From the NCBI GenBank assembly GCA_030390025.1, contig JASTWF010000034.1, positions 124,001 to 188,000 on the forward strand: a DNA stretch of 64,000 nucleotides. The letters are read 5' to 3'. The notes under the pieces were generated by a model. It made no database searches, had not been told where the DNA came from, and was given only the letters and a program-made list of their open reading frames with translations. This document shows positions 12,376-21,779 of the stretch, one piece after another. The position numbers and the translations under genes were made by a program. Each line of letters begins with the position of its first letter. The stretch's first letter is position 1. Source of the DNA: Squalus acanthias. Lineage: Eukaryota.

Positions 12376-13320
12376 ATGACAGGAAGTCTCGGACCCGTTT
12401 CATGCTCCTCCTGTGCCATGTGGGAAACCAGGGACACTTCCAGTGTCCCTGACAACTACATGTGCGGGAAGTGTGTCCAGCTGCAGCTCCTGACAGCCCG
12501 CATGGCGGTGTTGGAGCTGCGGGTGGACTCACTCTGGAGCATGCACGATGCCGAGAACTCGGTGAATCGCTCATTTAGTGAGTTGTCCACACCGCAGGTA
12601 AAGGCTAGGACAGACAGTGAATGGGTGACCAAGAAGCAGGGCAATATCAGGAAGGTAGTGCAGGAGTCTCCTGTGGTCATCTCCCTCCAAAACAGGTATG
12701 CCGCTTTGGATACTGTTGGGGGAGATGGCCTACCAGGGGAAGGCACCAGCAGCCAGGTTCATGGCACCATGGCTGGCTCTGCTGCACAGCAGGGCGGGAA
12801 AAAGAGTGGTAGGGCTATAGTGATAGGGGACTCAATTGTAAGGGGAATAGACAGGAGTTTCTGTGGCCGCAACCGAGATTCCAGGATGGTATGTTGCCTC
12901 CCTGGTGCAAGGGTCAAGGATGTCTCGGAGCGGCTGCAGAACATTCTGAAGAGGGAGGGTGAACAGCCAGCTGTCGTGGTGCATGTAGGTACCAACGATA
13001 TAGGTAAAAAGCGGGAAGAGGTCCTACAAGCAGAATTTAGGGAGCTAGGAGCTAAATTAAAAAGTAGGACCTCTAAGGTAGTAATCTCTGGATTGCTACC
13101 AGGGCCACGTGCTAATCAGAATAGAGAGAACAGGATAGTGAGATTGAATACGTGGCTTGAGCAGTGGTGCAGGAGGGAGGGATTCAAATTCCTGAGGCAT
13201 TGGAACCAGTTCTGGGGGAAGTGGGACCTGTACAAAAGGGACGGTCTGCACTTGGGCAGGACTGGAACCGATGTCCTCGGGGTAATATTTGCTAAAGCAG
13301 TTCGGGAGGATTTAAACTAA
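12376..13320 (+). CDS. CR1 ORF1p (N-terminal C4 zinc finger/coiled coil plus SGNH esterase)
   Basis: CSSCAMWE...CGKC, leucine-rich heptads, IVIGDSIVR, HVGTND and DGLH motifs. Confidence 0.9.
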   Translation: MTGSLGPVSCSSCAMWETRDTSSVPDNYMCGKCVQLQLLTARMAVLELRVDSLWSMHDAENSVNRSFSELSTPQVKARTDSEWVTKKQGNIRKVVQESPVVISLQNRYAALDTVGGDGLPGEGTSSQVHGTMAGSAAQQGGKKSGRAIVIGDSIVRGIDRSFCGRNRDSRMVCCLPGARVKDVSERLQNILKREGEQPAVVVHVGTNDIGKKREEVLQAEFRELGAKLKSRTSKVVISGLLPGPRANQNRENRIVRLNTWLEQWCRREGFKFLRHWNQFWGKWDLYKRDGLHLGRTGTDVLGVIFAKAVREDLN

Positions 13321-13367
13321 TATGGCAGGGGAAGGGGAACCTATGTAGCGAAACAGGGGGAAGTAAT

Positions 13368-16304
13368 ATGCAGTCAGAAACAAATGTTAGAAGGGTGAGA
13401 AACAATAGGGGAAGGCCGAGTAAACAAAGGCAAGAAACACAAAGGGCCATACTAAATCAGAAGTCTAAAAGGACAAAGGATGTTAATAAAATAAGCCTAA
13501 AGGCTCTGTGTCTTAATGCAAGGAGTATCCGTAATAAGGTGGATGAATTGACTGTGCAAATAGATGTTAACGGATACGATGTGATTGGGATTACAGAGAC
13601 GTGGCTCCAGAACAATCAAGGCTGGGAACTCAACATCCAGGGGTATTTAACATTCAGAAAGGATAGAATAAAAGGAAAAGGGGGTGGGGTAGCATTGCTG
13701 GTTAAAGAGGAGATTAATGCAATAGCTAGGAAGGACATCAGCTTGGAGGATGTGGAATCAATATGGGTTGAGCTGCAGAACACCAAAGGGCAGAAAACGT
13801 TAGTGGGAGTTGTGTACAGACCTCCAAACAGCAGTAGTGAGTTGGGGGAGGGTATGAAACAGGAAATCAGAGGTGCGTGCAAAAAAGGCACGGCAGTTAT
13901 CATGGGTGACTTTAATATGCATATAGATTGGGCTACTCAAACTGGAAGCAATACGGTGGAGGAGGATTTCCTGGAGTGTTTAAGGGATGGTTTCCTAAAC
14001 CAATATGTTGAGGAACCAACTCGAGGGGAGGCCATTCTGGACTGGGTGTTGTGTAATGAGGAAGGACTAATCAGCAATCTTGTGGTACGAGGCCCCCTGG
14101 GGAAGAGTGACCATAGTATGGTGGAGTTCTACATTAGGATGGAGAAGGAAACAGTTAAGTCAGAGACCATGGTCCAGAACTTAAATAAGGGCAACTTTGA
14201 GGGTATGAGGCGTGAATTGGCGAGGTTAAATTGGCAAGCGATATTTAAGGGGCTATCAGTGGAAGGGCAATGGCAGACATTTAGAGATCGCATGGATGAA
14301 CTACAACAATTGTACATCCCAGTCTGGCATAAAAATAAAAAAGGGAAGGTGGCTCAACCATGGCTAACAAGGGAAATCAGGGATAGTATTAAAACCAAGG
14401 AAGTTGCATACAAATTGGCCAGAAGTAGCAGCAAACCCGTGGACTGGGAGAACTTCAAAACTCAGCAGAGGAGGACGAAGGATTTGATTAGGGCAGGGAA
14501 AATAAAATATGAAAGGAAGCTTGCAGAGAACACTAAAATGGACTGCAAAAGCTTCCATAAATATGTAAAAAGAAAGAGGTTAGTAAAAACAAACGTAGGT
14601 CCCCTGCAGTCGGAAACAGGGGAAGTCGTAATGGGGAACAAGGAAATGGCAGATCAATTGAACAAGTACTTTGGTTCGGTGTTTACTGTGGAGGACACAC
14701 ACAACCTGCCGGAAATAAAAGGGGTCAGAGGATCTGGTAAGAGGGAGGAGCTGAGGGAAATCCTTATTAGTCGGGAACAGGTATTGAGGAAATTGATGGG
14801 ACTGAAGGCTGAAAAATCCCCGGGGCCTGATGGTCTGCATCCCAGAGTACTTAAGGAGGTGGCCTTGGAAATAGTGGATGCATTGACGATCATTTTCCAA
14901 CAATCCTTAGACTCTGGACCAGTTCCGATGGAGTGGAGGGTGGCCAATGTAACCCCTCTTTTTAAAAAAGGAGGGAGGGAGAAAGTAGGGAATTATAGAC
15001 CGGTCAGCCTGACATCGGTCGTGGGTAAAATGATGGAAGCAATTATTAAAGATGTCATAACAGACCATTTGGAAAGTGGCGACATGATAGGTCCAAGTCA
15101 GCATGGATTTGTGAAAGGGAAATCATGCTTGACAAATCTTCTGGAATTTTTTGAGGATGTTTCCAATAGGGTGGACAGGGGGGAACCAGTAGATGTGGTG
15201 TATTTGGACTTTCAGAAGGCCTTCGACAAGGTCCCACACAAGAGATTGGTGAGCAAAGTTAAAGCACATGGGATTGGGCGTAATGTGTTGACGTGGATTG
15301 AGAACTGGTTGGCAGACAGGAAACAAAGAGTAGGAGTAAATGGGTACTTTTCAGAATGGCAGGCAGTGACCAGCGGGGTACAGCAGGGTTCGGTGCTGGG
15401 ACCCCAGCTGTTTACATTATATATTAATGATTTGGACGAAGGGATTAAATGTAATATCTCCAAATTTGCGGATGACACTAAATTGGGAGGCAGTGTGAAC
15501 AATGAGGAGGATGCTAGGAGGCTACAGAGTGACTTGGACAGGTTGGGTGAATGGGCAAATGTATGGCAGATGAAGTACAATGTGGATAAATGTGAGGTTA
15601 TCCACTTTGGTGGTAAAAATAGAGAGGCGGACTATTACCTGAATGGTGGCAAATTAGGGAAAGGGGAGGTGCAACGAGACCTGGGCGTCATGGTACATCA
15701 GTCACTGAAGGTGGGAATGCAAGTGCAGCAGGCAGTCAAGAAAGCAAACGGAATGATGGCCTTCATAGTAAGGGGATTTGAGTACAGGAGTAGGGAGGTG
15801 ATGCTGCAGTTGTACAGGGCCTTGGTGAGGCCACACCTGGAGTATTGTGCGCAGTTTTGGTCTCCTAACTTAAGGAAGGACATTCTTGCTATTGAGGGAG
15901 TGCAGCAAAGGTTCACTAGATTGATTCCTGGGATGGCCGGACTGACATATCAAGAAAGATTGGGTCAACTGAACTTGTATCCTCTGGAGTTCAGAAGAAT
16001 GAGGGGGGATCTTATAGAGGCATTTAAAATCCTGACTGGTTTAGACAAATTAGATGCGGGCAGAATGTTCCCAATGTTAGGGAAAACTAGAACCAGGGGT
16101 CACAGTCTAAGGATTAAGGGGAAGCCATTTAAGACTGAGCTGAGGAGGAACTTCTTCACCCAGAGAGTGGTGAATCTATGGAATTCTCTTCCACAGAAGG
16201 TTGTTGAGGCCAGTTCGCTAAATATATTCAAAAGGGAGTTAGATATAACACTCACAACGAGGGGGATCGAGGGGTATGGCGAGAAAGCAGGAATGGGGTA
16301 CTGA
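13368..16304 (+). CDS. CR1 ORF2p (APE endonuclease plus reverse transcriptase), 978 aa open
   Basis: CLNARS, GITETWL, MGDFN, LDWVL and SDH; RT motifs YLDFQKAFD and KFADDTK. Confidence 0.93.
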   Translation: MQSETNVRRVRNNRGRPSKQRQETQRAILNQKSKRTKDVNKISLKALCLNARSIRNKVDELTVQIDVNGYDVIGITETWLQNNQGWELNIQGYLTFRKDRIKGKGGGVALLVKEEINAIARKDISLEDVESIWVELQNTKGQKTLVGVVYRPPNSSSELGEGMKQEIRGACKKGTAVIMGDFNMHIDWATQTGSNTVEEDFLECLRDGFLNQYVEEPTRGEAILDWVLCNEEGLISNLVVRGPLGKSDHSMVEFYIRMEKETVKSETMVQNLNKGNFEGMRRELARLNWQAIFKGLSVEGQWQTFRDRMDELQQLYIPVWHKNKKGKVAQPWLTREIRDSIKTKEVAYKLARSSSKPVDWENFKTQQRRTKDLIRAGKIKYERKLAENTKMDCKSFHKYVKRKRLVKTNVGPLQSETGEVVMGNKEMADQLNKYFGSVFTVEDTHNLPEIKGVRGSGKREELREILISREQVLRKLMGLKAEKSPGPDGLHPRVLKEVALEIVDALTIIFQQSLDSGPVPMEWRVANVTPLFKKGGREKVGNYRPVSLTSVVGKMMEAIIKDVITDHLESGDMIGPSQHGFVKGKSCLTNLLEFFEDVSNRVDRGEPVDVVYLDFQKAFDKVPHKRLVSKVKAHGIGRNVLTWIENWLADRKQRVGVNGYFSEWQAVTSGVQQGSVLGPQLFTLYINDLDEGIKCNISKFADDTKLGGSVNNEEDARRLQSDLDRLGEWANVWQMKYNVDKCEVIHFGGKNREADYYLNGGKLGKGEVQRDLGVMVHQSLKVGMQVQQAVKKANGMMAFIVRGFEYRSREVMLQLYRALVRPHLEYCAQFWSPNLRKDILAIEGVQQRFTRLIPGMAGLTYQERLGQLNLYPLEFRRMRGDLIEAFKILTGLDKLDAGRMFPMLGKTRTRGHSLRIKGKPFKTELRRNFFTQRVVNLWNSLPQKVVEASSLNIFKRELDITLTTRGIEGYGEKAGMGY

Positions 16305-16751
16305 GGTAGCATGTTCAGCCATGAACGCATTGAATGGCGGTGCAGGCTCGAAGGACCGAATGGTCTACTCCTGTACCTATTTTCTATGTTTCTATGTACC
16401 TGCATGTTAACTTTCAGTGATTCGTGTACAAGGACACCCAGGTCCCTCTGAACACCAACATTTCCCAATCTCTCACCATTTAAAAAACTTGGATATATTA
16501 CATACTCAAATCCTCTTGTAATAAAGGCCCACCTTTCGTGAAGTGCTCCGGGCACTTTATTAAACACACACACAGCAGAAGCACTTTAATCTGATGGGAG
16601 ATCACTGACACATAATCAGTCAGCGGTGTGGAGCCTCCTGAGAGTCCGGCCCCTTTACAGCCAGTATTTACAGGAGCTGGGACACAGAAAGAAGTCTCAT
16701 TAAAATTACGGATATATTTGTTCACACAAACCAGCCCCCAAAATACTGAGT

Positions 16752-16900
16752 AATTTCTCCTCCATTTACAGACGCTCCCTGACCAGTCACCATTTCTCCT
16801 CCATTTACAGACGCTCCCTGACCAGTCACCATTTCTCCTCCATTTACAGACGCTCCCTGACCAGTCACCATTTCTCCTCCATTTACAGACGCTCCCTGAC
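16752..16900. repeat. 39-bp tandem repeat, about 4 copies
   Basis: Unit atttctcctccatttacagacgctccctgaccagtcacc. Confidence 0.9.
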
Positions 16901-16939
16901 TCACTTCCTGTCTATCCCGGAGTTTGGCGCTTTGTTGAG

Positions 16940-17600
16940 ATTCGGGCCGGAGCGAAACGGGAACCCACGGGTGGGGGCGGATAATGTTCACTGCTCTTAT
17001 AATGGGGCCTGGGGCCGCACTCGGGGTGTGTGCAGCCCGCGTCCCCCCGGGGTTTATTAACCCGCTCCCTGAGCTCTCTCACCTGATGTGTCTGCGGCTG
17101 CTGCCAAGGTCCGCGCATGCTCAGCTCACACTGCCCGGGTGATTGACGGGAGCTCCGGACCAATAAGAAGAGCGGGGCTGGAGGACCGAGCGGGCGGCAG
17201 GTCCTCCAACCAATCGGAGTGTGTGAGGGGCGGGGCTTGACCTTTAAACCTGATCAACGGAAGGTGAGCTGAGCATGCGCAAACCTTGGCAGCAGCCGCT
17301 GACACATCAGGTGAGAGAGCTCAGGGAGCGGGTTAATAAACCCCGGGGGGACGCGGGCTGCACACACCCCGAGTGCGGCCCCATTATTAAAACACTCCAC
17401 ATTATCCGCTTCACAAACACCCGGGGTGGGCCTCAGGCCCGAACAAGAGACTCCGGGCCGGGCGTTTGCCCCGAGCGGGGCGGCAGCTGCGGGGCTTTCT
17501 CCCGGTGACAGGCCCGGGTTAACGGCCGCCATCTTGACAGGCTCAGGGGGCAGCAGGGCGCATGCGCGGCCCCCTTGGCCAGGAACCAGGAGGAGAGAAT
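16940..17600. promoter_or_regulatory. CpG-island bidirectional promoter with about 120-bp inverted arms
   Basis: CpG-rich. Arms 17011-17129 and 17264-17382 are inverted copies. The spacer has CCAAT boxes and a GC box. YY1-like gccgccatctt (about 17525) and NRF1-like gcgcatgcgc (about 17558). Confidence 0.75.
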
Positions 17601-18004
17601 CTTGTCCATTTCTATCCTGGACTCACAGTCATGGCTTTTGGAAACTCCTTTTACAGGCTGTGAGAAGGGCAGCGTTTACACACCGCAAACTCACACCAAC
17701 AACAACAACATACCTTTATATAGCACCTTTAAAATGTCACAGTAATGCAGTCAGACAATAATCGACACACATACTTTGTGCACTGACACAAAGTTCCTTC
17801 ACAACTGTAACAATTTTATTGCGGTTGCTGTGAAGGCTGCGCTCACTCTGCTCGTACACCTGGTCTCCAAAGGAGGCAAAACAGGACTAATGCTGCCGAG
17901 CTCAGCTCTTTTTGATCAGAAAATATCAACTGTTTCGCCTCACCAGGAAATGCACAAAAGAGGCAGCAGTGCTCATTGGCTGCCCAGGAAAGTCCTATTT
18001 AGAT

Positions 18005-18240
18005 TAAACTCCTTCACCCAGAGAGTGCTGAGAATGTGGAATTTGCTACCACAGGGAGTAGTTGAGGCGAACAGCGTGGATGCATTTAAGGGGAAGCTGG
18101 ATAAACACATGGGAGAAAGGAATAGAAGGAGATGCTGATAGGGTGAGATGAAGAGAGATGGGAGGAGGCTCGTGTGGAGTATAAACACCGCATGGACCAG
18201 TTGGGCCGATTGGCCTGTTTCTGTGCTGTACAATCTATGT
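18005..18240 (+). mobile_element. CR1 3'-end fragment
   Basis: FTQRVLRMWNLLPQGVVEANSVDAFKGKLD. Similar to 61340-61660. Confidence 0.8.
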
Positions 18241-18612
18241 AATAAGAGAGGAAAGAATGTTCCATAGAAACTAGAATTATCTGTTCTGCAGTTTTATCCT
18301 GAACTTAGTGATGTCTTTTGTAAACTGCTTTTACAGGGAATATCAGCAGCCTTTGAATGTGGAAGGAGAAATGTTTGCCTGTTCTGTCTGTGGGACAAGA
18401 TTTCAACATCAGTGTGACTGGAAAAGCACCGAGACACACACACCCGAGTGAGAGTGTTCCAGTGCACTGTCTGTGGAAACAGCTTTCACCAGTTACACAG
18501 CCTGAAAAATCATCACACCATTCACAGTGAGGAGAAACCGTACACGTGTTCTGTGTGTGGACGAGGCTTCAACTGATCGTCCAACCTGGAGAGACACAAG
18601 GACACCCGCACC

Positions 18613-19371
18613 ATGGAGAAACCATGGCAATGTGGGGACTGTGGGAAGGGATTCAATTACCCATCCCTGCTGCAAACTCATCGACGCAGTCACACGGGGG
18701 AGAGACCATTCACCTGCTCATTGTGTGGGAAGGGATTCACTCAGTCATCCAGCCTCCAGACACACCAGCGAGTTCACACTGGGGAGAGGCCGTTCACTTG
18801 CTCCGTGTGTGGGAAGAGATTCGCTCAGTCCTCCCAACTGGTAACACACCAGCGAGTTCACACTGATGAGAGACCGTTCACTTGCCCCGTGTGTTGGAAG
18901 GGATTCACTTATTCAGCCAGCTTTATTGAACATCAACTTGTTCACTCTGATAAGAGACCATTTAAATGTTTTGACTGTGAGAAGAGCTTTAAACGCACAA
19001 GGGATCTGCTAAAACACCAACGCACTCACACTGGGGAGAGACCGTTCACTTGCTCTGTTTGTGGGAAGGGATTCACTAATTCATCCCATCTCACTGCACA
19101 TCAACTTGTTCACTCTGATAAGAGACCTTTTAAATGTTCTGACTGTGACAAAAGCTTTAAAAGCACAAAAGATCTGTTGAGACACCAACACACACACACT
19201 GGGGAGAGACCGTTCACTTGCTCTCTGTGTGGGAAGGGATTCACTGATTCATCTAACCTACTGATACACCAGCGAGTTCACACTGGGGAGAGGCCGTTCA
19301 CCTGCTCCGTCTGTGGGAAGGAATTCAGTCAGTCATCCAACCTGCTGACACACCAGCGACTTCACAAGTGA
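18613..19371 (+). CDS. C2H2 zinc-finger protein copy 2 (9 fingers, starts MEKPW)
   Basis: Intact ORF in good Kozak context (accATGg), TGERPF linkers, upstream acceptor ttttacag at about 18336. Confidence 0.88.
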   Translation: MEKPWQCGDCGKGFNYPSLLQTHRRSHTGERPFTCSLCGKGFTQSSSLQTHQRVHTGERPFTCSVCGKRFAQSSQLVTHQRVHTDERPFTCPVCWKGFTYSASFIEHQLVHSDKRPFKCFDCEKSFKRTRDLLKHQRTHTGERPFTCSVCGKGFTNSSHLTAHQLVHSDKRPFKCSDCDKSFKSTKDLLRHQHTHTGERPFTCSLCGKGFTDSSNLLIHQRVHTGERPFTCSVCGKEFSQSSNLLTHQRLHK

Positions 19372-19374
19372 CAG

Positions 19375-20021
19375 TGAAGGGTTGGGATTTGAATCAGTTG
19401 AATGTTGCAGTCGAGCGACACAGCATGACAACCTCGTCTCGGTTGAGACCAGTTGAAACCACAAATGGAACAGATGGTCAGAAACTGAACTACAAAAGTG
19501 ATTAAGCATGTGGCGATATGAGAAGCTGCAATAACAAGGTTAAAATTTGCAGAACAATGGGGTTACGAAGTAACAACTGTCACACGGATGTATGTAGGGT
19601 ATATTTGATTAACCTTTGAGCCATGTCCAATCACGAGTCACTGACTCAGATCGGCCGAAGCCACGATGAAGCAAGAATGGACCCTGCTGTCCAGATAACT
19701 GGACACACTTAGATAAAAGACAGAACTGAAAGAAGGGGCTTAGCTAACGATGTAAAGTTATAATTAGGTTGTTTTTGAAGGAATATAATTGGGGGGCGGC
19801 TGTTGCCACGGGGCCTGATTAGCCAAGGAATCAGTAATGTAATAACGGCTATCGGTGTGCTCCAGTCTTGTACTGTATATAAGCTTGTGAATTTTGCTGA
19901 TCGGGGAGAAGGTGCTCGCACAGACCGCGGGGGTCTGAAACCTTCTCCCAGTGCTCTGTTTTCAATAAACTGCACCTCTTACTTTACCACAGATTAGATG
20001 TGAATTTATTTTCACCCAACA
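19375..20021 (+). mobile_element. Solo LTR (647 bp) with 4-bp TSD ACAG
   Basis: TG...CA ends, ACAG at 19371-19374 and 20022-20025, TATA (about 19876) and AATAAA (about 19964). Removing it restores the paralogous ZNF 3'UTR. Confidence 0.85.
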
Positions 20022-21779
20022 ACAGCAAAGGTTGGATTCTGCTGTTATTGCTGCTGTTTATCACATCCGGGACTGGACCATGTTCATTCTGTAAGTTGGG
20101 GTTTGTTTCTGCTGATGTTAATAAACTCCATCCCAGGTATAGGGGTTAATATTCTGGATAAATGTCAAATAAATCAGCATTGTTTCAAACACACTTTGTG
20201 TCGAGTCTGTGATGACTCCATGATAAGAGGAGACTAATTGATGTCCTGTTACTGACTGCTCCATTTTTGGGCCGTTTCTCCTTTCTTACTCTGGATTATT
20301 TCGGTTCTGATCTAATTGGCCTTCTACCATCCTGGGAGTCCCATGATACAACGATAATGGAGTTGTTGACTAATCACAGTGATCAATCTCTATCAATGAG
20401 TCAACAACAGACCCAGACATGAGGCGAGGAAAACCCCAGTGGTGGAGAGCTTTAGGAGCCATCGGACCAAAGTCACCTCTTCCTCCCGAGCATTCTACAC
20501 TTACCACATGTCATGTCTCAAATTACTCACACACTGTGTCCCAAAATCTTATTCTATGAATGAAATCGGTCCAATTTGCATTTGAATGAATCAACACTAA
20601 CTGCTTCCACCATCTCCCTAGGGAGCCTGTCCTATAGATTGACCACTCACTCACTGAAGGTGAGGTTTTAAATGAATATTTTGCATATGTGTTCACTATG
20701 GAGAAGGACGATGTAGGCATAGAAATCAGGCAGGGGGATTGTGATATACTTGAACAAATTATTATTGAGAGGGAGGAGGTACTAGCGGTTTTAGCGGGCT
20801 TAAAAGTGGATAAATCCCCAGGCCCAGATGAGATGTATCCCAGGCTGCAGTGTGAGGAAAGGGAGGAGACTGCAGGGGCTCGGACACAAATTTTCAGAAC
20901 CTCTCTGGCCACAGGGGAGGTGCCAGAGGACTGGAGGACAGCTAATGTAGTAACATTATTCAAGAAGGGTAGCAGGGATAAACCTGGGAATTACAGGCCA
21001 GTGAGCCTAACATCAGTGGTAGGGAAATTATTGGAAAAAATTCTGAGGGACAGAATTAGTCTCCACTTGGAGAGGCAAGGATTAATCAAGGATAGACAGC
21101 ATGGTTTTGTCAGGGGGAGATCATGGCTAACCAATTTGATTGAATTTTTCAAGGGGGTGACTAGGTGTGTGGATGAGGGTAGTGCAGTTGATGTAGTCTA
21201 CATGGACTTCAGTAAGGCTTTTGACAAAGTCCCACATGGGAGACTGGTCAAGAAGGTAAGAGCCCATGGGATCCAGGGCAATTTGGCACATTGGATCCAA
21301 AATTGGCTTAGTGGCAGGAGGCAGAGGGTGATGGTCGAAGGTTGTTTTTGTGACTGGAAGCCTGTGTCCAGTGGTATACCGCAGGGATCGGTGCTGGGTC
21401 CTTTGCTGTTTGTAGTGTACATTAATGAGTTAGATATGAATGTAGGAGGTATGATCAGTAAGTTCGCAGTTGACACGAAAATTGGTGGAGTGGTAAATTG
21501 CGAGGAGGGAAGCCTCAGGCTACAGGACGATATAGACGGGTTGGTCAGATGGGCAGAACGGTGGCAAATGGAATTTAACCTTGAAAAATGTGAGGTAATG
21601 CATTTTGGGAGGACTAACATGGCAAGGGAATACACGATGAATGGTAGGACCCTAGGAAGGACAGAGGATCAGAGGGACATTGGTGTGCATGTACACAGAT
21701 CCCTGAAGGCAGCAGGACAGGTAGATAAGGTGGTTAAAAAGGTATATGGGATACTTGCCTTCATTCGCCAAGGCATAGA

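Larger units (their letters stand above)
11818..16396 (+). mobile_element. Full-length CR1 LINE with both ORFs open
   Basis: 5'UTR with a 152-bp duplication, ORF1, ORF2, 3' hairpin and (tttctatg)2 tail. Inserted into an older antisense CR1 without a clear TSD. Confidence 0.93.

Noticed and set aside
18415..18576. Selenoprotein call for the in-frame TGAs
   Set aside because: The TGAs are not at Cys positions, no SECIS was recognised and paralog leaders contain indels. Kept only as an alternative hypothesis.
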